A stretch of DNA of 64,000 nt from the NCBI RefSeq assembly GCF_009914755.1, contig NC_060929.1; one strand, given 5' to 3'. Both the position numbers and the translations under genes were made by a program. Source of the DNA: the human T2T-CHM13v2.0 reference genome, Homo sapiens. Shown here in pieces: positions 1 to 12,742 of the stretch; positions within the stretch are counted from its first letter, which is position 1; every line of letters begins with the position of its first letter. The notes beneath the pieces are model-generated. The model was given only the letters and a program-made list of their open reading frames with translations, was not told the DNA's origin and did not search any database.

Positions 1-734
1 TAATCTTAAGTCAGAAAGTTGCTTGCTTCAAAAGGTCAACAATACACACTTCACCATTTATAAATGTGAAATTAGCCATGTATGAAAAAAAAAAACCAAA
101 AAACTGGTACCCTACTAATAACATGAAGAGGAAGCCACTTTATTTTAATAATAGCTAATTTAATCAGAGGGTTATCTCAAAAGGGTAATGGGGAAAAATT
201 GGTCTCAAATTACTGCAATTTAAAAATGATATATATAATATTTAACTGTATAAAAATATTTATATTAAAATAATATTTCTATGCTAAACCCCTTCAAAAA
301 GGTTTTCTATTATTTTAGTTCTTCTGAAGATCTACTTTGGAAAAATGGTACTTAATTTCTGCCAGTTAAAATTTCTCCAAATTAAAACACTGAAAATGAA
401 ACTATGAAGGGTTTTTTTTTGCAAATTTCTCAAAATCTTGACATTTCTTTTGTAAGCTTAGGTCTTGATATATAATTTAACTGTTATGAATTCTAAAAGA
501 TAAGGATTAGTCATCAGAATTTAACAAGCTAGTTATTCAGTAATTTCCCAAGAATCATAGATACATTTACACAGATTTTTTTCAGAAATATAACAGGCAT
601 AAATAATTTTCAAAGTATAAGCTAAATATTAAAATGCATGTATTTGACAAATTATTGTGACAGAATAATAAGATACAGAATCATTCATATACACCAAAGC
701 CAACTATACCAATCTATGTGCATGTAAACCCAAA

Positions 735-738
<4 letters not shown>

Positions 739-765
<27 letters not shown>

Positions 766-776
766 GAGACACACAC
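739..776. repeat. (CA)n microsatellite
   Basis: About 13 pure AC units followed by an interrupted AGAGACACACAC tail. Confidence 0.95.
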
Positions 777-1039
777 TGAGTCATGGTGACAAAGTCCACA
801 CAAATGGTTAATCATTGAGTTCAAAGTTTTTTTCCACTATGGCAATCAAAACCAACATCACCAGGACTTCTAGTCTGGAAGGGTATGGATCCCCCTGGGT
901 GTTCAGCATAAAAGACACAGCAACAGAAGGTATGTTTCTCAATCGATCAAAAAACAACTATTTATTGAATGTATATTATACAGGTGGCACTTGTACCTTC
1001 ACAGTGGATACAATGATTGATGAATGTGGAGGTTCTTAC

Positions 1040-1401
<362 letters not shown>

Positions 1402-2354
1402 TAGAAAATGACAAATAAATGTCAACACATTCAGTCTGAGAGCCCAAGGAAAGAAAGATTGCACCCAATGAAGGTAGGTAGTTTTGGCCCTGTATACATT
1501 TGCTTACGAAAACCAAAAGTCAGACCACCAACTCAAATGTTTCCACTTTGTTTGCTCTTATTAAAGCTTACACTTTTTAAATAATATATTGAATCACAGA
1601 AAACAATCTCTGAAACACTATTTCTGAGAAGAAAGACAACAATATTAGCTTCTAGTCCCAGAGATATTTCCATTCTAAAAGGAAATATCTCAAGTCAAAG
1701 AGACTATTCTATAATGTGGAATTTGGCATGAAGGCTGGCAAAGTGGAAATGGAAGGATATTGTTTTGAGGTAAGATGGGTCTTGGTCCTCCTCTATCTGG
1801 CCACCTAGGTCACTCAAAGAGAGCCTGTGAGTCAGGCCAGATCTTGTTACCAAGCAGTTTGCTGTTCTGTTGCTTAGTGACTTGAACTAGCCGGCCATCA
1901 TTCCCAGCTGGCTCTTCCAGAGTCAAACCTTAACAGATTTCTGACTTGATCTTTCTCCTTAGAGCTCAAGACTTTTTTCTTTCCCTGAATGATTGACTAT
2001 AAAATTATTCTCTGGCTGGCTTTGTTTTTACACCTCTTATGTAAAAACAACCCTGAATCAAATGTTCTCCATTGACCCCTTTTCACCAAGGACATATATT
2101 TCTCCTACACACACATATTTTTATAAGAATATTTTATAAGGATGTCAACTTCTATACAAGCCACATGTGTAAACTAATAAACTGAGATTCCACACCAAAA
2201 AAGGGCTCTGTCTCTACCTTTCTGTTAACTACTATTTTGTAAAATCTTTGAATATTCATTGTTATAACTTCAATACACATGCAGGGTAGGGTAACAAATG
2301 TGAATGTGATTCTTAGCCCAAAGGAAGGTAATGCTGAAAGAAAGAACACACGAT

Positions 2355-2560
2355 GGAGAGTTAGGAAGACTTGGGTTCAAGTTTTAATGCTATTGGTTTC
2401 ATAGCTGTTTAGCTGAAAGATCTTGGTTATGTAAGAACTTTTTCTGGGCCTCAGCAGCTGCATATGTAAAGTACGGTTAACAATACTTACATCCAACCTT
2501 GGTTGTTTTAAGGGGTTAATGTACACAAAGTACCTGACACATGGCAGGAGCTAAATCATT
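2355..2560 (+). mobile_element. MIR SINE (degenerate)
   Basis: GACTTGGGTTCAAG...TCTGGGCCTCAG...TGTAAAG...CCTGACACATGGCAGGAGCT follows the MIR consensus order. Confidence 0.7.
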
Positions 2561-5181
2561 GACGTCTATGTTATAATTAATCTAAGGTTATAAAGCTATA
2601 TTATTATGAACCTAAGTGTTTTTATTCCAAAATGAAATCATGTAATTTCTTCTCAGATCAACTTTTCAAGATCTCCTTTTGAGAATAAGTGCCTCATCTG
2701 AAATACTTGGAGAGTATTTATGTCCTTAAAACTGCACATAAAATGATTTTTCTGTTTTGCTTATTTACAGTAGAAGAGACTGATGTGTTAAGATGGTATA
2801 AAATTGAAGTCTAGTAAAAGAGAATTTTAAATTAGAATCTTTACAGTGATCTATACATTTCCCTATCTGTTACCTAAAATTATGCCTTTCAGATGGTGGC
2901 CTAACGTGAATACCACCAATACCTTCATTCTGAAGGCCCTGAATCCTATTTATGAGTCACAGAATTATTAAATAATTCTGTTTCCTGTTTTTACCCATGT
3001 AGCATCTACCTTACTTTCTTACAGCAGCAAGTTGGAACTTGTTTCTAATTGCTAATCTTAAATAGACTGTAGTTTGTTATCACTTTGTAAATTTAATTAG
3101 TCATTACTTTTTACTTGTAAATGCCAAATGCCTTTATAACCATATGACTTATTAATAGAGTCTCCAAGTCAAAAAGGTTGAATAACTAAGGTCAAGTATC
3201 AAATGACCAGAAGACCTGGAAATATGTGATTTCAATATACTGAATGAATCGCAGCTTTAAAAACATGATTTTTTAAAAAGCAAAACCATTAAAAAAAAGA
3301 CATTATTTTGCTACATTAGAGATAGTAAAGCTTCTTCCTGAAAGTGCTACTTGAAGAACAAATTTGGTAGCTTTCTATCTAAGAAAAAAAAAGTGCTGAA
3401 ACTCCTTTAGTTATCTGAATACATAGGAGCTTTTCAATTATAAAGAAATTTACACAAAGAATATTTTTTAAAAAATCAAAGCCATGATTTTCATTATTTT
3501 AATGAACTTTAAGATTCAAGTTTTTATTTTCTTCTTATCAACATTTCTGCCAAGTTTGCAAGAAAGACCATGTCTTCTTAAGAAGAGATTTTACCATCAG
3601 TAGCAACGGCTTCAGCTCGTACGAACAGGCTTCACATCTTTTCTCTTTAAGATAAATGTCAATGGTCATGGGAAGCACACGTGAATAATAAGCTGCAAGG
3701 TTATCCAAGGTTTTCTTCACTTTTTTCTCAATGCCAATTGTCATAATGTAATCCCTGTAATTCCTTAAACATGACAAGCCAATCGGCATGTTCTTTAAAA
3801 GGAAAATCTTCCTCAGGTCTTTTGATTTCGTGGAAAGCCAACTATGCCTTTCAAATGGTACAGACACCCTCAACTTGCAGCGCCTCCACCTCCCATGATT
3901 TCCACAGAGGGCAACAGCCAGTTATGCCACAGACATGGCTGAAGGTTAGGGCTGACTGGTCTTCCCCAAACATTCCAGCAGCACTTCCTGGTGTGCTTCT
4001 CAGATGATTTCCCCCAGAAACTTGCTCCCCACCTTCTGGTATTACACTTTGCCTACAGCCCTCCTCTGGGTTCCTAGTTCCCAGGAGACTGGCAGCAATG
4101 CTCTTCTCCGGGTATTATTACCATAAGAGACAGAGAAAAGATAACCTTAAAGCTAAGCAGGGCAGAAGTAAGAGAGATGGAACGAGGGAGAAAGAGACCT
4201 CAAAGAGAAATCACTAAATAATGGCTTTGAAAATCTACTCAGTTGTTTGTGTGTGTATATGTGTATTTTTACTCTACAAACTCTAAGTGGCTGTATTTCT
4301 CTTTTATAGGTGACAAATGGTTTCTTTCCCCTTCTATGACTTGCAAATTTATATTTCTCTTAACAACCATAAAAACAACTACAGTTGCTGAAGAAATAAT
4401 GACTCAGAAAGCAAATGTTTACTTTTAAATATGAGCAACTTTACATCTAATGCCAATGCCTGATAAAGAGAAATTTATAGTAAACAAAAAATATGGCCAA
4501 AATCACTTATTTAGCTTCCTAAACACATTTAAGATTTATTAAAAGTCTCCTAAAAGGCCTTTTGAAAGTCCACCTAAAGAAATTATTTTGTTGTTAAGAT
4601 TGTTACTAAGTACTTCTTCTACTGTTGGATATGTTTTAATTAAAAATACATATGTGTATACAAGAATTATAAAAATTATACAGTTGAGTATTACCTAGTC
4701 ACCATGATTCCTAAAGATATCCTACTACCTAATTTCGCTTATATACACGCTGGAACATTTTCCTCCATTCAGTGCATCGAGCACAGTATAAATTGACAAT
4801 GTTTTCATCTAGTCCTTAATCAGGAATATAATCCCCATGAAATTACTTATATTAGAAAACTGTATTTGGTTTTAATTATATTTGGAATTAAAAATGTTTT
4901 TGAGAGATATATCATAAATAACAAACCTGATGCATCTTAGTGAATGCTACCCATGAATATTAGTTTTTAATGGTTAATGTTTTCAAAGTAGCTTGAAAAT
5001 ATTTCACTATGTAGCCTAAATTGACTGTTAAATTCAGGAAATTACATCTTCATTTCCGTTATAGTAAAATGACTCAATGTTTTTCATTGTGACATTCACT
5101 TAGATTGGAGTGTGATACTGACAGCTATAGTAACAATATTTTAAGAGTATAAACAGCTGGGTTTTTAGAGGCAAATTGACA

Positions 5182-6303
5182 CAGAGTTGTGCATTGCTTA
5201 TTCTAAGTTCTGAGAAATGTGTCATTAGGCAATTTCATCATTGTGCAGACATGTTAGAGTGTACTTACACAAACCTAGATGGTATAGCCTATTGCTCCTA
5301 GCCTACAAACCTGTACAGCATGTTATTCTACTGACTATTGTGGGCAATCATAACACAATGGTTAAGTATTTGTATATCTAAACATAGAAAAGGTACAGTT
5401 AAAAATACAGTATAAAAGATAAAAAATGATATACCTGTATGGGGCACTGACCACGAATGCAGCTTACAGGACTGAAAGTTGCTCTGGGTGACTCAGTGAG
5501 TGAGTGGTGAGTCAATGTGAAGGCCTGGGACATTTCCACACACTACTATAGACTTTATAAACACTGTACACTTAGGCTACACTTAATTTATAAATATTTT
5601 TATTTCTTTGATATAAGTTAATTTTGGTTACTGTAACTTTTTACTTTATACAACTCTTAATTTTCTTTTAATTTTTTGGCTCTTTTGTGATAACACTTAA
5701 CTTGAAACACTAACATTATACAGCTGCACAAAAATATTTTCTCTATATCTTTATTCTATAAGCTTTTATTTTTAATTTTTTTTTACTTTCTAAATATTTT
5801 TGTTAGAAACTAAGACACAAACACACATTAGCCTAGGCTTACACAAGGACAGGATCATCAGTATCATTATCTTCCTCCTCCATATCTTGTCCCACTGGAA
5901 GCTCTTCTGGGGCAATAACATGCATGGAGCTGTCATCTCCTATGAGAACAATGCCCTCTTCTAGATACCTCCTGAGGGACCTACCTGAGGCTGTTTTATA
6001 GTTAACTTTTGTATATAAGTAGGAGGAGTACTCTTTAAAACAATGGTAAAATACATAAATACATAAACCAGCAACATAGTTATTATTAAGTATAATATAT
6101 AACTATATATGCTATATGTTTATGGGACTGACAGCATGGTAGGTTTGTTTACACCAGCATGCCCACAAACACAAGAGTAATTAATGCATTGTGCTATGAC
6201 TTCACTAGGTGATTGGAATTTTTCTGGTCCGTTATAATATTATGGGACCACCATCAAATATGCAGTCCACCATTGACTGAAATGCTGTTACATGTGTGTA
6301 CTG
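5182..6303 (-). mobile_element. Tigger3-family (Tigger3b-like) Tc1/mariner DNA transposon fossil
   Basis: Left end GTTCTGAGAAATGTGTCATTAGGCAATTTCATCATTGTGC and right end TTATGGGACCACCATCAAATATGCAGTCC...CTG match the two ends of Tigger3; length about 1.1 kb. Confidence 0.85.
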
Positions 6304-6328
6304 TTGAGCATTTTAAAAAATGATCCAG

Positions 6329-7031
6329 GTATATATATATGTGTGTATATATATGTAGGTATATAGATATATATATGTGTGTGTGTGTATATATAGGTAC
6401 ACAGGTATATATATGTATATGGGTACACATATGCGTATATGTGTATATGGGTACACATATGCGTATATGTGTATATGGGTACACATATGCGTATATGTGT
6501 ATATGGGTACACATATGCGTATATGGGTACACATATGCGTATATGGGTACACATATGCGTATATGGGTACACATATGCATATATGTGTATATGGGTACAC
6601 ATGTGTATATGTGTATATGGGTACACATGTGTATATGTGTATATGGGTACACATGTGTATATGTGTATATGGGTACACATATGTGTATATGTGTATATGG
6701 GTACACATATGTGTATATGTGTATATGGGTACACATATGTGTATATGTGTATATGGGTACACATGTGTATATGTGTATATGGGTACACATATGTGTATAT
6801 GTGTATATGGGTACACATATGTGTATATGTGTATATAGGTACATATGTGTATATGTGTATATGGGTACACATATGTGTATATGTGTATATAGGTACGTAT
6901 GTGTATATGTGTATATAGGTTCATATATGTGTATATATGTATATAGGTTCATATAGGTATATATAATATATGTATATAGGTACATATATGCATATATATG
7001 TATATATACACACACATATTTTATATATATA
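6329..7031. repeat. TA/TG-rich minisatellite (VNTR) with 20/26/28-bp units GTATATGGGTACACAT(AT)G(C/T)GTATATGT
   Basis: 17 copies of GGGTAC between 6421 and 6868, spaced 20, 26 or 28 bp, with degenerate (TA/TG)n flanks. Confidence 0.97.
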
Positions 7032-7081
7032 TTCACAACTCTATTCCTATACTATGTACTAAAAAAGAGCAAACTGCTTAA

Positions 7082-7083
<2 letters not shown>

Positions 7084-7126
<43 letters not shown>
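7084..7126. repeat. (AT)21 microsatellite
   Basis: Pure alternating AT run. Confidence 0.97.
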
Positions 7127-7127
<1 letters not shown>

Positions 7128-7406
7128 CTTGCTCTTTCTCATTTTATAGTATGGCATATTATGGAGATATATATACATGTACCATCTCTATATATAAAAT
7201 GGTAAACACACAAACAGGACACATACATATGAAGTTAAAAGACAATGACATTCAAGGAAGAACACACTGATTTCAGGATCCTCTGCGAAGGAAGAAGAAT
7301 AGGATGGGTGACAGCTTTAGACATTATCTGTAACATTTTATTCTTAAAAAAATAAAAGAACTGATGCAAACAATGACAAAATTTTGGCATTTTAAAAATC
7401 TGAGTC

Positions 7407-7583
7407 TGGGGTCAGGGGAGCGGGTAGGGATAGCTTTAGGAGATATACCTAATGCTAAATGACGAGTTAATGGGTGCAGCACACCAGCATGGCACATGTA
7501 TACATATGTAACTAACCTGCACATTGTGCACATGTACCCTAAAACTTAAAGTATAATAATAATAAAATAAAAAATAAAAAAAA
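7407..7583 (+). mobile_element. 5'-truncated young L1 (L1PA3/L1PA4-like) 3' end
   Basis: GGAGATATACCTAATGCTAAATGACGAGTTAATGGGTGCAGCACACCAGCATGGCACATG...CCCTAAAACTTAAAGTATAAT plus A-rich tail; TSD AAAAATCTGAGTC at 7394-7406 and 7580-7592; TTT/AAAA endonuclease site. Confidence 0.93.
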
Positions 7584-8499
7584 ATCTGAGTCGTGGATAT
7601 ATAGATGTGTATTATAAAAATATGAAAAAATTATAACTTAAGTGATTATAATGCTAAATTACTTTTTAAAAGAATATGTGAAGATAACAGGTTTTATGAC
7701 TTAAATATGACTAAACAGCAACTTTTAAGTTCCCAAAGACTGAAAACCAGCATTTCTACCTTGTTCTTCTAAAACTTATTTAGGCCTTACACCCCAAAAC
7801 TGTGCTTAAAATTCAATGACGAGAAAAGCCTGAAGAATGTGAAGAACTTCCTGATTTCAATTTTCCTGAAATAAACTAGTACTGGAAGTTAAGTTTTCTT
7901 CACCAGAGATTCCATTGACTTTGTAGTTCCTGCTGATGATAGAGGGAATCCCCTACCAGATGAAATCTGAATCATGTCTATAATCACTAGAACTACAAGG
8001 CATTGCATGTTTAGTAAAAGCAGTCAAACAGATTAGTGAAAAGCAGAGACACAAGAGAATTCTAATCCTAACAGATGGTGCCAGACCAAAACCAGTGCTC
8101 AACACATACTAGCTAGTGATAAAACTATTACTAATAAGCATTGAGAGTATCAGAGACAAGAGGCGCAATAGAAATCTGTTCCTTGAAGGAAGGAACGGAT
8201 TACTTCCAGTTGGGAGAACTGGAGGAACCTTTTAGGAAAACCAGGAATTTGAAAGATGTATTTTTGCAGTGGGCAGAGAAGAGACACCAAACCCCACAGT
8301 TCTGCCTCAGTAGTATCTCTCATTTCTGCCTTCTCCTTTCCTACAGTAATAAAACTGACATACACTCGTTTCTTTCAACTCTTGTCTCTTCACTCTAATT
8401 CATCCACAAATGACTGACAGAGTAATCATCTAGAAATTTAAACATGATCCTAAAGGTTCATGCAGACCAAGGCTGGAATAATGGGCACAGAGTACATAA

Positions 8500-8715
8500 T
8501 AAAAAAAATACTAGCTTATAATGACACCCACTAAGGGTCCAGCCCTGTGAAACCACTTAATTTATACATAATTGTACTTAATTAAACCACAACCCCCAAT
8601 AGATACTATTCCCAGAAAACTGACTAACGGGGAAACTGAAGCACACGTTAAGTAACTTGACCAAAGTCACACAATTACTAAATGCAAAGTAAGAATTTAA
8701 GTTTAGTCTCTTTTC
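8500..8715 (-). mobile_element. MIR SINE
   Basis: GGGGAAACTGAAGCAC...GTTAAGTAACTTGACCAAAGTCACACA is the reverse complement of the MIR core. Confidence 0.8.
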
Positions 8716-8884
8716 TAACTGCTTTGGTGCTGAGTGACATAGCACCTAGAGTATGCTGTCAATTCAGTAGCTATTCTTTAAATGGATCATGAAAACCCAA
8801 GAGAAGTCTAGATAAAAACTACCTGGTAAATATAGCATATAGAAATGAAATAACAGGATGTTTACTTAAGAAAAGAGAAGTCCC

Positions 8885-9190
<306 letters not shown>

Positions 9191-9561
9191 AAGAGAAGTC
9201 TTTTTTAAGAGCATGAGAACACTAAAATATTGATTAATGAATTTGTTTAGCAGACATTTATTAAGCTTCCACCATTGACCAGCCATCATGCCAAGCATGG
9301 GTATACCAAAATGAATGAATAGGGCCCTGGTTCTCTGGTGGGTTACTCCAAGCCACTTGCCTTAGGGCTTCATAATGGAAGGGAGCAAAAATTCAAGTTG
9401 TAGGATTCCCAAAGCAGATCTTGGATCCATGGATGATAGTTGCAGGGAAGGAGACTTCTACTGTTTAGAAGCAAGGTCTTTCCAATCAACAGCCCTATCA
9501 AACAACAGAAGTGCTTCTGTATAATCTTCATCAAGGAGGTTTGACGAGAGGTTCAAGGACT

Positions 9562-9643
9562 TGTTATTACAGATGTTATTCTAAGAATTCAACAATGGCA
9601 TATGTTATTACAGATGTTATTCTAAGAATTCAACCATGGCATA
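9562..9643. repeat. 41-bp tandem duplication (2 copies)
   Basis: TGTTATTACAGATGTTATTCTAAGAATTCAAC(A/C)ATGGCATA at 9562-9602 and 9603-9643, one mismatch. Confidence 0.95.
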
Positions 9644-9689
9644 GAGGGTAAATCAGATAGCCCTTAACATACTATATAACCAAGATAGA

Positions 9690-10081
9690 TTAGCCACCAG
9701 CACTTTACCTTATGCCTTGGAACAGAGCTATGTTTCCCAGCCTCCTTTGCAGTTAGATGTGGCCATAGAACTGAGTTCCAGCCAGAAGAAAACGAGTATA
9801 AGTGACATGTGCACTTCCCGGCCTGTCTCATAAAAGTTCACACATACCATCCTCTTTCATGGTCTTTCTCCTGATTCATCTGAGCCTGGCAACCTTGGGA
9901 ATCACATGTTGCAAATAATGGAACCACAGGATGGTAGAATTCCAGGTCCCTGAGGCACCCAGTGGCTAGGGCAGGCTGCCTCCCCACAAAAAGCAGAAGC
10001 AAGAAATAAAAATTCACTGTGTCAATCCAATGAGATTTGGAGACTATTTTGTAGAACAGCAAGATTATCTTAGCTAAAACA
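9690..10081 (+). mobile_element. MLT1 (J/I-like) ERVL-MaLR solo LTR
   Basis: TTTCCCAGCCTCCTTTGCAGTTAGATGTGGCCATAGAACTGAGTT and 3' end AATAAAAATTCACTGTGTCAATCCAATGAGATTTGG...ACAGCA...ACA. Confidence 0.75.
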
Positions 10082-12479
10082 GATGTCTTCCAATATTATT
10101 GATTTATTCTACCATGGTATAAATTATTGGAAACCAACAAATGGTTCTTGCTCAACTTTGTAATAATTAGGTACAGAATAAACATGTTAGACTCAGTAGG
10201 TATTAAGTGTATGCATAGCGAATGGAGGGGAATACCAGGAGCAGGAAACTGTGAGGCAGAACACTGTACTAGCAACAAATTAGATACAAATATATTTATA
10301 TTTATGTCAGAACAATTTGAAACATATTTTCAAAATTCTCCATAGTGCTTAGCACAAACTGTGAAAGCACAAATGAGATTTTTGTCAAAAGATGCCTGTG
10401 GATATTATGAACGTCTTGGGGCTCATTCAACCAATATGGAAAACTTGAGATACTCTTTCCAACTCCCTTGCCTGATAGTTTTAGTCCATAGGGGAAACTG
10501 CTTCCTTCTGAGTTACTGAAAATCGATACCATGATTTTTATTTCTGGTTTCCATTGCTCTCTTTATGCTTTTCTTACTGGGCTGTGACCTGATACACTAA
10601 AATGAAATATTGATAGAAATTGTGCTCATGAAGTTTTTCCAAACAGCACCAGAAAAGGAAGTGCCAGAAATGTCAGAAGAAAGCCTATTTTCATGGGATT
10701 TCCTGCCTTCCTTACATCCCGACATGTCTAAATAGTTCAGATAACCTCCAGCTGAACTCTAGGTTGCTCCACTCAGACTGAAATCAAACAGCTGAGTTGA
10801 GGGCCACTCATTCAGCAATGGGTGCAATTTAGGAACTGCAGTGATAAAGCAGCGCAACCAAAAGGGACACTGGACACGGAAATTCTGGTCCTGGCTCCGT
10901 AGGAACTCATGCCAGCTCTCCTGCTCTGGCACCCGATGCCTGGCCTTGAGCCAACCTTCTCCTTCAGTGCATCTCCCAGTGTTTATTCATGCCTTTCTTT
11001 TATTCACTGTTTGTTGCTCACAATTTTTTCCAAAAAGAAAATCTTCCTCAAAGAGAAGCCATCATTTCCCAATAACTGCTTTAAGACAGAAAAAGTCAAT
11101 GTTTGTCTCACTCCTCTTATGGCCATTACATCTACCAAACTCAGAAATGCCATCTAGGTGTTAAAATCCTGGGGACAATAACACTTTCCCAGTCAGAGAT
11201 CTAGCTACTTAAAACCAAATTTTTGAGGTTGGTCATGTCTTTGGGTGTGACATGGCTTTTATTTCCTTTGTCATTGACTTTCATCTATAACATCAATGCA
11301 TTCCTGAGCACGGTCTTGTCACTGGTTTAGGTTTTAATTCCTTTTACTTTTTGCTGCTTTCCTCCTAAAAGCCTTGTTTCTGCTTTTTTTTTCCCTCCCA
11401 TTGCTAACGTACATACTGTTTAGTTAGTTATGGCAAAACTGTAAAAAATTATTTAGTCATACAGTTTCTCAACTAACACACTCATTCTTTTTTGTTATGT
11501 TTTCTTTATCATAATTTATACTCATCTTATCAAAATGTAGATGTAATGTATAGAACCTACTACTACCTGAAATTATCTAAGTGTGTAACATAGACCCTAG
11601 TACTTGGACTCACTGATCAGAGTTTGGAATGGCCTCTACTCAGGCAGAAACTCCAAATACTCCAAATAAGCTCACATGATGGTCTGTTTTAATATTTGGG
11701 TTTTTCTTCTTTTTTTTTTTTCCAAGAGCAGGAAAAGATGAGGAATCCTCCAGAAAAATACATGGAAGCATATGCATGAAACAAATTCACCCATTATAAA
11801 GAAGATAAAAATATTCACAAAGAAAATAAAAAGATTGGCAAAATGTTCTAACAATCCAAATTCAAAGAACACAACAATACTACCAAGTACCAGCCTGCAA
11901 CTTTCTGCGTAGAATTCCTAATCCCTTTCTTCTTTCCTTTGGAAAGGCATGTTTAAGATTATGAATACTGTATATCAAAGTCAGGAGTGAGGAAGGGCTT
12001 TATGAAGACACACCACCATTACACACACACTGTATGTGTCTCTGTCCAAGTGGGGATCATGCAGAAAACAGAGCAAACTATGATTTTCCTCCCCTCATTT
12101 CTGGTCCTTTCTTTCCTCAGCTGTTGGGGAAGCTGGCAGGGAAATTGGTTTAAGGAATCAAAGAAACGCCACTACGTACGTATGGGAATAAAACTGCATT
12201 CTTATTTGACATCTGGCATCCAATTTTCTTGTAGGAACTTGCAATAGGAATTGAACTTTGAGAACCACCCACCTCAACCACTCCTAGTACCAGTCTCCAG
12301 GATTCTTGCCCTGACTTGGACATTTGTGGGATTTATGGTTAAGGGAGATCACTTGGCCATAAATCCCCGGTGAGGAATGATGATGGTCCTCCCTCCCTAC
12401 CCCCAAAATTAAAGGCGCGAGAGCAGGACTCCCTGAAGGGAAACGGCCACCATTTCTGCGAGGTCTGCGCAAACCTTAC

Positions 12480-12742
12480 CATGTATGTGCCACCGTGAAA
12501 CGCCGCTGTTTGGGGATGTTGCTGCTGAGAAGCATTCTGCGCAGAAGCCTGGGGGAATTTCTCGGAGAGATCACTGGAGAGAGCTTGGGAGAAACCGATT
12601 TCCTCGCTGTCTTGGACTTCTCATGCTGCAACAGGTTTTCTCGCAAGGATTTCACAAGGTCTTCGTTCAGCCACGGGTTTGGACAATGCGGATTATCCAC
12701 TTCAGGTACTGTTAAAGTGTCCGGGCTTGTCTGCTGAGCCAT
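12480..12742 (-). CDS. PDE4D: cAMP-specific phosphodiesterase 4D, isoform PDE4D5 unique first coding exon (N-terminal 88-aa region)
   Basis: Translates MAQQTSPDTLTVPEVDNPHCPNPWLNEDLVKSLRENLLQHEKSKTARKSVSPKLSPVISPRNSPRLLRRMLLSSNIPKQRRFTVAHT + TG, the recognised PDE4D5 N-terminus; Kozak AAAATGG; 263 nt = 87 codons + 2; donor TG|GTAAGG with GT at 12479-12478, phase 2 as needed to join the common (C)FDVDNG exon outside the window. Confidence 0.97.

Noticed and set aside
6254-7036. Six overlapping 150-260-aa ORFs and a superficially CRISPR-like periodic array
   Set aside because: All arise from a stop-poor TA/TG minisatellite; units are contiguous with no unique spacers, and the DNA is human with no cas genes.
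9380-9550. Possible L3/CR1 3' fragment
   Set aside because: Similarity too weak to call by eye.
12476-12479. Stop codon ending the PDE4D5 ORF (…AHTW*)
   Set aside because: It is read-through into the intron; the GTAAGG donor removes it.
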